A DNA stretch of 61,603 bases from Bacteroidota bacterium (GCA_020047755.1 JAIFNL010000144.1:1-61603), one strand, 5' to 3'; counted from the stretch's first letter, positions 26,103 to 35,829 are shown. A program made the numbers and translations. Notes: a model not told the origin generated them from the letters alone.

Positions 26103-27686
26103 ATGATAGGTCGAATTATACAAAATTATGAAATATTGCGTTTAATTGGCGAAGGCGGAATGGGAAACGTATATGCAGCAAAGCATGTTCATTTAGACAA
26201 AATTGCGGCAATTAAAATATTGAAAATTGAAACAAGCAAGCACAAAGATGCTTTGGCACGCTTTGAGAAAGAAGCAAAAACACTTAATAAACTAAGACAT
26301 AAACATATAGTAGAACTTTTTGATTATGGAGTAAGCAACGAAATTCCATACATTATAATGGAATATATTGATGGAATACCTTTAGATGAATACATCAAAA
26401 CAAAATCAGGTCCTATTCCTGAGGAAAAAGCAAGTAAATATACGCTCCAAATACTTACAGCACTGGAAATTGCGCACATCAATGGCATTATTCACCGCGA
26501 CATAAAACCATCAAATTTTATCCTTACAAAGAATGATGATATTAAAATATTAGATTTTGGTATAGCCAAAATGGTTTCGGAAACAGAAACTCATCAGCTC
26601 ACAAAAATAGGTCAAGGTATTGGTACTCTGCCTTATATGAGTCCTGAGCAAATTTATATGAAAAATATAACAAATGCCATAGATATTTACGCGCTAGGTG
26701 TTTGTTTGCATCAAATGATTACTGCAAAAGAGCCTTACGATTTGGGTTTGTCGCGAAGAGAAATTGAGGATAAAATTTTAAAAGAACCTTTGCCTCGCAT
26801 AAAAGAATTTTACCCTTTTGCTAGCGATAAAATACAAGCAATTATTGATAAAGCAACAGAAAAAGAAATTCAAAATCGATACAAAAATTGCCATGAATTT
26901 GCTGAAGCGTTAAAAAATAATAAGGTAATAGAAACGGAATTAATCGAAGATTTTTCAAAAACATTGAAATTTGAAGAAAAACCGAAAGAAATAATTGAAA
27001 ATAAAATAGATACAGTAATTTCTATTGAAAAAGAAATACCAAAAATAAATGAAAAAAAATCGAATTCATTTTTATATGTTGGTATATTTGTTGCAATGAT
27101 TTTAATTATCTTCGGTATTTTCATTTTTGCAAAAGAAGAATACCGCGTGAAAATAGAAAAAAATAATACGGTATTTTTTGAAAAAAAATATCCTGATAGT
27201 ACTGAAGCTATAAAAGTAGGAAAACTTGAACTAGAGAAATGTGAAAATGAAAGCGAATTGACAGTAAAAAGCAAAGATGAACTTATTTTTAGGCTAGTGA
27301 AAACAGAAAAAATAGAAGGAAATGAAGCTGAAACTATAGAACAACCAGAGCAAAAGCCTGAAAATAATATAAATACGGTAGCTACAACAACTACCGAGAA
27401 AAAAAGTTCGGTTCAAATATTTACGCCAACTTCATTTCAAGATAACTTTAGAATTTTGGCAAATAAAAACTACGATTATGCTTCGAGGCAGGCGCATTTA
27501 GAGAAATTTTTGAAAGAATTTACTTCCGATGCAGCCGTTTTGGTTTATCAAAATGGGGAAAAAGTTGAAACAAAGGGTATTAAAGAATATCTACAAGCAA
27601 TCATGTTTAATGGAAAACAAGTAAAAGTTTCGGTAACACAAAAAAGCGGTTCGCTTGTTCGAGATATAGAAGTTGTTGAAAATTAA
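26103..27686 (+). CDS. Transmembrane Hanks-type Ser/Thr kinase with an extracytoplasmic C-terminal domain
   Basis: IGEGGMGNVY, AAIKIL, HRDIKPSNFIL, ILDFGIAK, GTLPYMSPEQ. The TM is FLYVGIFVAMILIIFGIFIFA. A ~180-aa C-terminal region of unknown family follows. It is a close paralogue of 23445-25016. Confidence 0.9.
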   Translation: MIGRIIQNYEILRLIGEGGMGNVYAAKHVHLDKIAAIKILKIETSKHKDALARFEKEAKTLNKLRHKHIVELFDYGVSNEIPYIIMEYIDGIPLDEYIKTKSGPIPEEKASKYTLQILTALEIAHINGIIHRDIKPSNFILTKNDDIKILDFGIAKMVSETETHQLTKIGQGIGTLPYMSPEQIYMKNITNAIDIYALGVCLHQMITAKEPYDLGLSRREIEDKILKEPLPRIKEFYPFASDKIQAIIDKATEKEIQNRYKNCHEFAEALKNNKVIETELIEDFSKTLKFEEKPKEIIENKIDTVISIEKEIPKINEKKSNSFLYVGIFVAMILIIFGIFIFAKEEYRVKIEKNNTVFFEKKYPDSTEAIKVGKLELEKCENESELTVKSKDELIFRLVKTEKIEGNEAETIEQPEQKPENNINTVATTTTEKKSSVQIFTPTSFQDNFRILANKNYDYASRQAHLEKFLKEFTSDAAVLVYQNGEKVETKGIKEYLQAIMFNGKQVKVSVTQKSGSLVRDIEVVEN

Positions 27687-27748
27687 TCATTTAATGTTTA
27701 TATTCACAAAATAAATAGATTTAGAATTTTAAAATAACAAATAAATAT

Positions 27749-28348
27749 ATGAAAGAGCTTTTACTTATACTCTTGTTATTAAATTGCGGGATTACTTATT
27801 CTCAACATAAATTTAATTTAAAATCGGAAGATAATTCTAGCTCTTCGGGAACGATAGAACTGAGCGAAGAAAGATACGAAGCATTCAAAAAACGCTCACT
27901 TGAGAAGGTTACTGACTTAGGAAATTACATCATTTCGTTGACAGACAAATCAATTCCCGCAGAACAAGGCAAAATAGTTGTTAATCTGGCTGTTAGCTTA
28001 TTTCAAGATGAAGAGAAAGTTGTAGAAATTTCGTCAAAAACAAGTACTCAAGTGCAACAATTGAAAGTAAGGGCATACTTCAATAAACTGAGAGTACTCA
28101 AATACAGCAAGGTAGATATTCAATGGTACGATATTCAATACGTTTCAAATTTACGCTTGGGTAGCGATGGCAGTTATTACGGAGTTATTACAGTTTTTCA
28201 AAAGTTTACTGGTTTTAGTGGCGATAAAATTGCCTATACCGATATAACTCAAAAAAATATTGAAATCAAAGTAATGCAAGTAGCAACAGTAAGAGGTTTG
28301 GACTGGGAAGTATTACTAGGAAACATTTCAGTAGTTGAAACTAAGTAG
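27749..28348 (+). CDS. Hypothetical exported protein
   Basis: Signal peptide MKELLLILLLLNCGITYSQ. No recognised family. Lies inside the co-directional array. Confidence 0.5.
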   Translation: MKELLLILLLLNCGITYSQHKFNLKSEDNSSSSGTIELSEERYEAFKKRSLEKVTDLGNYIISLTDKSIPAEQGKIVVNLAVSLFQDEEKVVEISSKTSTQVQQLKVRAYFNKLRVLKYSKVDIQWYDIQYVSNLRLGSDGSYYGVITVFQKFTGFSGDKIAYTDITQKNIEIKVMQVATVRGLDWEVLLGNISVVETK

Positions 28349-28380
28349 CTAAATAGAATAAAAATTAAATATATTTTTTT

Positions 28381-29304
28381 ATGAAACAAATTTATTTATT
28401 TGCCTTTTTTATTACTTTTTTTACTTATTCATATAGCCAAATTTCAATCAATTCGGAAGAGAAAATAAATGAGGAAACTCAAATTTTTAAATATAAAGTG
28501 AAATTGCTTGATGATTTTATGGATAGATTCAATTATGAAAGAAACTTTGAAGGTGAAAAAATAAAAAATGATGATTCATTTAAGTACGATAGAGCTTTTA
28601 TGCTAAAATCGCTTTTTGAATATGAATATTATTTGAAGGACAGCTCGTTAGCACAAGAATTTACACAATGGATATTGAAAAATAATATAACTCTCGATTT
28701 TTATTCAAATAATTGGTATTCAGTGGCTAATGCAACTATTTTGTACAATAAAATTTCGTACTCAGCAGATTTGAAAATGCAAATCGAATCAGAAACGAGC
28801 GATAGACGTGCAAAATGGGTAATTAAAGATGTGGCTGCTCCTTTTTTGAATGTAGAAAAGCAAAATACCAATTTATTTATTCATCCTGTAGCACACGAAA
28901 CTAATTTTATTTCGCTATCTGAGGCTTTTAATAATAGTCAAGATATTTTTGAATACACAGATTCTAACTTTGTAACCAGCGAGTTGAATATTTTTTTATT
29001 TTTGGTAAAAACAAAACAACTAACGCTAACCAAAATAAACGAAGTTAGCTATATTTTTGATCTTCAAAATTGGTCATTTGAGGTAAGAAACTATAATAGA
29101 ATGCAATACAATTCTGGTTGGTTAATTTGTCAGTTGAAGAAAACCAAAAACGTTGAAATAACAACAACAGAAAAAAAAGAGTCTGGCATTGGCAATTCTG
29201 AAAAAGTAAACTCGGAAAATGAACAAACAGAAAAAATTGATAATCAAGTGATAGATGTAAATAACGGAAATTCAACAAAAACGGATAAAAAGAAGAGAAA
29301 ATAA
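28381..29304 (+). CDS. Hypothetical exported protein
   Basis: Signal peptide MKQIYLFAFFITFFTYSYSQ. The tail is low-complexity (E/K/N/T). No recognised family. Confidence 0.5.
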   Translation: MKQIYLFAFFITFFTYSYSQISINSEEKINEETQIFKYKVKLLDDFMDRFNYERNFEGEKIKNDDSFKYDRAFMLKSLFEYEYYLKDSSLAQEFTQWILKNNITLDFYSNNWYSVANATILYNKISYSADLKMQIESETSDRRAKWVIKDVAAPFLNVEKQNTNLFIHPVAHETNFISLSEAFNNSQDIFEYTDSNFVTSELNIFLFLVKTKQLTLTKINEVSYIFDLQNWSFEVRNYNRMQYNSGWLICQLKKTKNVEITTTEKKESGIGNSEKVNSENEQTEKIDNQVIDVNNGNSTKTDKKKRK

Positions 29305-29350
29305 TCAATTTTAGAAAAAACTGAGTGTAAAAATTTTAATTTGAGAAATC

Positions 29351-31336
29351 ATGAACTATTTTAACTTAAAAAAACTGTACCTTTTACTATCATTTTCTTT
29401 ATTTGTAAACATATTATCAGCTCAAAATGAGGGAGTAATAAGCTTAGACATGGAAAATGATTTGAAAGAAAAAGCAAGAACAGCTGTTCAAACTTACTAC
29501 GATGGGTTAATGATAATTGGAAGTTTGCAAGAAGCAAGCGAACGCCAACAATTTCAGCAAGATGCTCTTACATTCTTTGAACATAGAAACGTTCAGGTTT
29601 TCAATGATTTGAGTGAAGGTTCGCGAACTATAACAGTAGAGCGCTATGTTGAAAATATTCCAATTATATACCCGAAAACGGATTTTTTAATCGAAGGTTT
29701 GGTCGAAAACTTGAGTAATTCAACCCTTTATTACAATGAAAACTCGCTTTTGGTTAAGGTTGTTGTAAATGTGTCAATCAAAGGTACAAACAACAAAGGC
29801 GAATGGGTAAACAAAGCCAATAAGCTAAATGCTTTTGTGAAATATATAAAAAATGGGGACAGAATTAACACTTCTCCAAAGATTTTTAATATATTGGAAA
29901 ATGACGATTACGATGGCGACAAACTTAGTGGGTTCAAGCCCATAATCGTTTCGACAAGCGAAGTAAATACCTCATATACAGCTGATAATACGGAATATAA
30001 CGAAAAAATGCGTGTTATAAAAGAAACGGAAGCTCGTTTAGCCGAAGAAGAAGAAAGCATTAGAATACGAAAAGAAGAATTGGCAAGGCGCGAAATGGAA
30101 TTAGAAGACGAAAAATATATTGCAGAACTAAAAAGACAAAAAGCTGAACAAGAGAGAATTGAAGCAGAACGACAAAAAGAAGAAGCTCGTATAGCAAAAG
30201 AACAAGCCGAACGCCAACGCATTGAAGCTGAGCGACAAAAAGCTGAAGCTGAAGCAGCACGCTTGAAAGCCGAACAAGAAGCTTTGCTTTTGAAAAGTGA
30301 GCGTTTTGTATTCAACGTAGGTGCAGGACTTTATAAGCATGTTGGTCTTTTTGAGCAAGTTGTGAATAAGCAAACTCCAGAGCAAAGTCTTTTTGCCACC
30401 CAAATAAATGCCATGCTTGGCTATCGTTTTGATATTAACGTGAATAACAATTCAGCACGAAAAATAAACAGGGGAACTATTGTGGCTGCTTTTGGACGTT
30501 ATGGAATAAATTCGCAAGACATTGTCAATTCTAATAATTTGAACCAAAACTTGCAAATCCCTGAAGATAAGCTCGAACCCATTTACAATCATTACATGGA
30601 ATTGGAAACTGGTTTTGTTTTCTCCGAACTATTGAGAACTAGCTTTGGTGTTGGAAAACAAAACGATAAGAAATATTTTGTATCCACTTTGGCTTTAAAT
30701 ATAAATTTCGGCAAATTGATTTGGGAAATTGGCGCAACGGCAATGTTTGGCAAAGATTTCCAAAAATTGCAAATACGTCCGGCAACTTCATTGGCTTTTC
30801 AATTCAACGAGCGCAATCCACAACATTTGAAAGAACCAAAATCTGGTTTTTTAAGCTTTGAATTAAATCCTGAAATAGCTTATAATGTGCCTATTAGCTC
30901 CATTAAAGGCTCTGCTGCAACCAATTCTATGTCGTACCAAACTAACGCATTTTTGGGTTTTAAAATAGGAAAAAGGTCAAAAATTGGAGCTTTTGGAACT
31001 TTTGGAATAAATCCGAATGCAATATCTCAAAACATATTAGAATCAAACGAGTTACAATCTTCTTATACGCTCAACGGCGACTACAATCCCTACGCTGGTA
31101 TCGAAGCTGGTATTTTATTAAAAGGCTTCCGGATTTCATACGGAGTTGGTGAATTTAGCTATCTTAATCGTGTCAATTTACCATATCAAAGTATGACTTT
31201 GGGAGTAGATGTGGCTCTTTACAGAGTACTTCGTTTTACCCTAAATACTTCAACCTTAATACTTAATAGCGATTACACCCGCCCTTTACTTAGAATATCA
31301 TCGGGTTTGGCGTTACGTTTTAATTATGTTCGATAA
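29351..31336 (+). CDS. Exported protein: N-terminal globular domain, ERQKAE-type coiled coil, probable C-terminal beta-barrel
   Basis: Signal peptide LLLSFSLFVNILSAQ. The coiled coil contains a duplicated IEAERQK segment (near 30155-30180 and 30218-30243). The last ~330 aa show alternating hydrophobic/polar beta-strand-like segments rich in G/Y/F/N, consistent with an outer-membrane barrel (inference). Confidence 0.55.
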   Translation: MNYFNLKKLYLLLSFSLFVNILSAQNEGVISLDMENDLKEKARTAVQTYYDGLMIIGSLQEASERQQFQQDALTFFEHRNVQVFNDLSEGSRTITVERYVENIPIIYPKTDFLIEGLVENLSNSTLYYNENSLLVKVVVNVSIKGTNNKGEWVNKANKLNAFVKYIKNGDRINTSPKIFNILENDDYDGDKLSGFKPIIVSTSEVNTSYTADNTEYNEKMRVIKETEARLAEEEESIRIRKEELARREMELEDEKYIAELKRQKAEQERIEAERQKEEARIAKEQAERQRIEAERQKAEAEAARLKAEQEALLLKSERFVFNVGAGLYKHVGLFEQVVNKQTPEQSLFATQINAMLGYRFDINVNNNSARKINRGTIVAAFGRYGINSQDIVNSNNLNQNLQIPEDKLEPIYNHYMELETGFVFSELLRTSFGVGKQNDKKYFVSTLALNINFGKLIWEIGATAMFGKDFQKLQIRPATSLAFQFNERNPQHLKEPKSGFLSFELNPEIAYNVPISSIKGSAATNSMSYQTNAFLGFKIGKRSKIGAFGTFGINPNAISQNILESNELQSSYTLNGDYNPYAGIEAGILLKGFRISYGVGEFSYLNRVNLPYQSMTLGVDVALYRVLRFTLNTSTLILNSDYTRPLLRISSGLALRFNYVR

Positions 31337-31578
31337 TTTTTAATCTATAATTTAAAATTTAAGTATTTAAAATTTAAATTAACGGTGATTTATTTTCCTT
31401 TAGCCGATATTTTTAGGTATTTTAAGGCTTCTAGCAATTACATAAAATAATAACATTTTTAGTGATTGTCAAGGCTATATCCATATAAAAATCTATAAAT
31501 CAAATAAAAAGTAGGTGGCTGAAAAATATCTAATTCTCAGAAGCCCTAAGTATTTATTTTTAAAAGAAATACCGCAAA

Positions 31579-32526
31579 ATGTCATTAAAAATTGCACTCA
31601 TTATTTCAATTGTTTTGCAAGTAATTACTGCTATAATTGCAATAAGTTTGATAAAACGAACCAAAACAAATATTGCTTGGTGGCTTATTTCACTAGGTTT
31701 TTTGCTTATGGCAGTAAGACGCGTATTCGAGTTTTTTACAATTTATTATCCTGAAAATATAGTAATTAACGAATGGATAAATAGCTGGACAGGGATAATA
31801 ATTTCACTTGTAATGCTTGCTAGTTTAAGTTTTATTAAGCGAATTTTCAATGTACAAGAGCGCATACAACAGCTTAAAAAACAGAACGAAGCAAGAGTTT
31901 TTTCATCAATCATAAAAACGGAAGAAAATTTAAAACATCATTTTTCAAAAGAACTACACGATGGTTTAGGTCCACTTCTTTCGGCAGTAAAAATGGCTTT
32001 AAGTGCTATAAATAATGAAACGATTTCTGAAAAAGACAAGAGAATACTCACAAATGCCGAAAAACTTATTAATGAATCAGTTCATACAGTCAAAGAAATT
32101 TCAAACAAATTAAGCCCTCATGTTTTAAATAATTTTGGGTTACAAAAAGCGTTAAAGACTTTTATTGGCAAGCTAGGTATTGAAAATTCGCCAAAACTTA
32201 TTTTCAAAACAAATATTGAAGATTTACGTTTTGCATATAACCTCGAAACAACAATTTATCGTATTGTATGTGAATTAATTACAAATAGTTTGAAACACGC
32301 CGAAGCTCAAAATATTTATTTAGATATTTTTAAACACACTAGCGATTTGAATATTAGCTATATTGACGACGGAAAAGGATTTGAATACATTGAAAATGAA
32401 GAAAATGTGCAAGGATTAGGCATCTTAAATATAAAATCGAGATTAAAATCAGTAAATGCAAATTTTCATCTTTTTTCAAAACTAGGCGAAGGTTTTAGTG
32501 CCAATATTACAATAAAAATAGACTAA
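31579..32526 (+). CDS. Membrane sensor histidine kinase, HisKA_3 (NarX/DesK-like) class
   Basis: N-terminal TM helices, H-box FSKELHDGLGPLLSAVKMAL, and HATPase motifs ELITNSLKHA, DDGKGF, GLGILNI. Confidence 0.85.
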   Translation: MSLKIALIISIVLQVITAIIAISLIKRTKTNIAWWLISLGFLLMAVRRVFEFFTIYYPENIVINEWINSWTGIIISLVMLASLSFIKRIFNVQERIQQLKKQNEARVFSSIIKTEENLKHHFSKELHDGLGPLLSAVKMALSAINNETISEKDKRILTNAEKLINESVHTVKEISNKLSPHVLNNFGLQKALKTFIGKLGIENSPKLIFKTNIEDLRFAYNLETTIYRIVCELITNSLKHAEAQNIYLDIFKHTSDLNISYIDDGKGFEYIENEENVQGLGILNIKSRLKSVNANFHLFSKLGEGFSANITIKID

Positions 32527-33165
32527 ATGAAAAAATATACAGTATTTTTGGTAGATGACCACAAACTTTTTAGAGAAGGTCTGAAACTTTTACTTGAAAC
32601 TTTAAATTACATCGAAGCAGTTTGGGAAGCTGAAAATGGAAAACAGTTTTTAGCTTCGTTGAACTTACACAAGCCCGACATTGTTTTTATGGACATTGAA
32701 ATGCCCGAAATGGACGGAATTGCCACAACCGAAAAAGCCATAGAACTTTTTCCAGATTTGAATATTATTGCGCTTTCTATTTATGGAAATGAAAATTACT
32801 ATACGCGTATGATAAAAGCTGGAGCCAAAGGCTTTGTGCTTAAAAACTCTAGTTTACAAGACGTTGAAAATGCAATGGCTAATGTTTTAAATGGCGACAA
32901 TTACGTTTCGCAAGAAATTTTGAATAGACTAATTAATTCAATTGATAAAAAGAAAAACCTCAATTCTGATTTTTTAACCGAAAGGGAAAAAGAAGTTTTA
33001 TTTCATATTTGCAGAGGACTTTCCAATCAAGATATAGCTAATGTACTCTATTTGAGCAAAAGAACAGTTGATAAACACCGCGAAAATTTGCTTTTCAAAA
33101 CCGATTCTAAAAATACCGCCGGACTTGTAATGTACGCCGTAAAAAATGGTATTGTTGATATTTAA
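32527..33165 (+). CDS. NarL/FixJ-family response regulator (REC + LuxR-type HTH)
   Basis: The ATG directly follows the kinase stop codon. REC features are VFLVDDH, DIVFMDIEMPEMDG, IIALS and K(A)GAKGFVLK. The C-terminal HTH reads LTEREKEVLFHICRGLSNQDIANVLYLSKRTVDKHRENL. Confidence 0.9.
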   Translation: MKKYTVFLVDDHKLFREGLKLLLETLNYIEAVWEAENGKQFLASLNLHKPDIVFMDIEMPEMDGIATTEKAIELFPDLNIIALSIYGNENYYTRMIKAGAKGFVLKNSSLQDVENAMANVLNGDNYVSQEILNRLINSIDKKKNLNSDFLTEREKEVLFHICRGLSNQDIANVLYLSKRTVDKHRENLLFKTDSKNTAGLVMYAVKNGIVDI

Positions 33166-33365
33166 GCAAATAACAACTTAAATATCAAAACTTTAACACA
33201 CCAAAATAACCAATTTAAAACCCCTTACGTCTTTAAACGTAGGCAAACTTTAAGTGTTTGAACTGTTTTTTAACGCCTAATAAGCTTCTACTTTTGTGTC
33301 GTAATTTAATTCCTTCCTTTTTGATGGATTAAAATACTTTTTTTTGATAACAAAAACAGAAAAAC

Positions 33366-34634
33366 ATGAACAAATACTTATTTCTTATAGTAAACTTATT
33401 ATTCCTATTTATTTATTCAGAAAGTTTCGGGCAGTTTCAAATCGATGCGCAACTTAGAAATCGTTTAGAATTACGTAATGGCTACAAGCAATTAATTGCT
33501 GAAAACCAGCAAACTGCGGCATTTATTTCGCAGCGTACTCGCTTAACTTTTTTATTTCAGAATGAAAACCTGAAACTTAAAATTTCCCCTCAAGACGTTA
33601 GAGTTTGGGGCGACGAACAACTCGGCAGTTCGAGTGGAGTTATGGGCGATAATGCCTCAGTGGATATTCACGAAGCGTATGCCGAATTAAAATTAAACTC
33701 AAAAGCTTCAATTTCAGTAGGTAGGCAAGAACTTGTGTACGACAACGAATGGCTTTTGGCAGCACGCAATTGGAATCAAAACGGGCTCACTTATGACGCG
33801 GCGCTCCTAAAGCTTGCACTTAATTCAGTTTCAATACATTTAGCGTCGTCTTGGAATTCAACGACAGAAACCGTTCAAGACAATTTTTACGCAACAGATA
33901 GAATTAAATCTCTGAATTTCTTGTGGATAGATAAAAAAGTAAACGAAAATTTAGAAGCCTCCTTCTCTTATTTGGCAACAGGAGTTACCAAAACTGCAAC
34001 TAGTAACGCCTTGAGATTTAAGCATACAGGTGGTTTGTATGCAAATTACAAAAGCAAAACCCTTAATTTTAGAGCAAATGCTTATTATCAAATAGGTAAA
34101 AATATTGCAGATAACTCGGTAAATGCCTTTCTTTTAGATGGCGAATTTTCATATATTTTTGGAAATTTCTCAACGGGAATAGGAACTAGCTATTTATCGG
34201 GCGATGATGATTTGAGTGATAATACAGATGCACTTTTTGATATGTTTTACGGTGCAAGGCATAAATATTTTGGGCACATGGATTATTTTGGAAATATTCC
34301 AAAAACAACCAAGCAAGGTGGCTTAATTGACTACAACGCTTTTATTAAATTTAAAATTTCAGATAAAACATCTCTATCAAATTATGTGCATTATTTACAA
34401 CTTGCAAAAACTAATTTAACAACACCTGCAGATAAAAACTTAGGATTTGAGAATGAATTAGCATTGCAATATAAAATAAATAACTGGGCAAATATTCAAA
34501 CCTCATATCTTTTATTTTTGCCAACAGAAAGTATGAAAACAATACAAGCTGTTAACGATGCAAAAATGCAACATTTTTTCTTTTTACAATTAACAATAAA
34601 TCCAATGTTATTTTCAAATTCTAAACAAGAATAG
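33366..34634 (+). CDS. Putative outer-membrane beta-barrel porin upstream of pstS
   Basis: Signal peptide, then alternating beta-strand pattern throughout with frequent aromatic girdle residues. Its position next to pstSCAB suggests an anion/phosphate channel, but specificity cannot be read from the sequence. Confidence 0.6.
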   Translation: MNKYLFLIVNLLFLFIYSESFGQFQIDAQLRNRLELRNGYKQLIAENQQTAAFISQRTRLTFLFQNENLKLKISPQDVRVWGDEQLGSSSGVMGDNASVDIHEAYAELKLNSKASISVGRQELVYDNEWLLAARNWNQNGLTYDAALLKLALNSVSIHLASSWNSTTETVQDNFYATDRIKSLNFLWIDKKVNENLEASFSYLATGVTKTATSNALRFKHTGGLYANYKSKTLNFRANAYYQIGKNIADNSVNAFLLDGEFSYIFGNFSTGIGTSYLSGDDDLSDNTDALFDMFYGARHKYFGHMDYFGNIPKTTKQGGLIDYNAFIKFKISDKTSLSNYVHYLQLAKTNLTTPADKNLGFENELALQYKINNWANIQTSYLLFLPTESMKTIQAVNDAKMQHFFFLQLTINPMLFSNSKQE

Positions 34635-34694
34635 TTTTAAATAGCAATCATTAATCGGTACAAATTTCACAAACAGAATTAATTTATATAAAAA

Positions 34695-35636
34695 ATGAAA
34701 AACTCAATTTTTACTTATTTTATAATCAGTTTATTGGCACTAAGTTCTTGTGTATCAAAAGAACAAAAAGAACAAACCATAAATATTTCGGGTGCTTTTG
34801 CACTTTACCCAATGGTAGTGCAATGGTCGGAAATTTATCAAAAAGAACACCCCGAAGTTCGTTTCAATATTTCGGCGGGTGGTGCAGGAAAAGGTATGAC
34901 CGATGCTTTGTCTGGAACGGTAGATATTGGACTGGTTTCACGCGAAATATCTCCTGAGGAAATTACAAATGGGGCTTGGTTTTTAGGACTTTGCAAAGAT
35001 GCCGTTTTGCCAACTATCAGTGCCGATAATCCTTATTTAGACTCTATTAGCAAACGAGGATTAACAAAAGCTGAACTTACAGCAATATTTATAGAAGGAA
35101 CAATTACCGATTGGAATCAAATTTTCAAAGGCGGCAAATCGGTAAAAATGCAAGTATATACACGCTCCGATGCGTGCGGTGCAGCCGATGTTTGGGCTGG
35201 TTATATGGGCGGTAAGCAAGAAAATTTGAAGGGAATAGGCATAAATGGCGACCCTGCACTTGCCGAAGCTGTTGCTAAAGATGCCGGAGGTATCGCTTTT
35301 AACAATACAATCTTTGTTTACGACATAAAAACGGGCAAGAAAAACACAAAAATGGAAGTACTTCCACTCGATAAAAATGAAAATGGTAAAATAGACCCCG
35401 AAGAAAACTTTTATGGTGCTTTTGGAACTGTTTTAGAAGCCATTTCAAATGGAAATTTTCCTTCGCCTCCGGCGCGTGAATTATATTTTGTAGCCAAAGG
35501 AAAACCAACAAAAGATGCTACAATCCAATTTGTAGAATGGTGCTTAACCGAAGGACAAAAATACGTAAAAGATGCTGGTTATGTACCCATTTCGCAAGAA
35601 AAAATAGACGCTTATTTGTTAATGCTAAATAATTAA
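34695..35636 (+). CDS. pstS: Phosphate ABC transporter substrate-binding lipoprotein PstS
   Basis: Lipobox LALSSC. PBP-type motifs are ISGAFALYP, NISAGGAGKGMTD and DIGLVSREI. Sits directly upstream of pstCAB. Confidence 0.85.
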   Translation: MKNSIFTYFIISLLALSSCVSKEQKEQTINISGAFALYPMVVQWSEIYQKEHPEVRFNISAGGAGKGMTDALSGTVDIGLVSREISPEEITNGAWFLGLCKDAVLPTISADNPYLDSISKRGLTKAELTAIFIEGTITDWNQIFKGGKSVKMQVYTRSDACGAADVWAGYMGGKQENLKGIGINGDPALAEAVAKDAGGIAFNNTIFVYDIKTGKKNTKMEVLPLDKNENGKIDPEENFYGAFGTVLEAISNGNFPSPPARELYFVAKGKPTKDATIQFVEWCLTEGQKYVKDAGYVPISQEKIDAYLLMLNN

Positions 35637-35829
35637 TTGAAAATAAATTCTAAAATAGCAACCTTTAAAAGCAAAATATTGATTTTCAAAAAAATAAAAG
35701 TAATGTAGTAGTTATATTATCTTTATATCATTAATTATCAAATTTTTGACTTCTAAAATGTAGTAATCAAATTTTACAAAAAAAGGTGTAAAATCCCTTT
35801 TATAGGCAATCAATTAATTACTAATTTAT

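Noticed and set aside
29908-30403. Three minus-strand ORFs (135, 66 and 91 aa) inside the coiled-coil region of 29351-31336
   Set aside because: They are the antisense reading of GAA/AAG/CAA-rich coiled-coil codons, which naturally lacks stops. The translations are S/F/L/C repeats.
14130-31336. Interpretation of the FHA / PP2C / kinase genes as a type VI secretion post-translational checkpoint (PpkA/PppA/Fha1), or as the actinobacterial division cluster
   Set aside because: I recognised no TssB/C/K/M, Hcp, VgrG or ClpV-like proteins, and no RodA/FtsW or class B PBP, anywhere in the window. The neighbours are an ABC exporter and unknown exported proteins instead.
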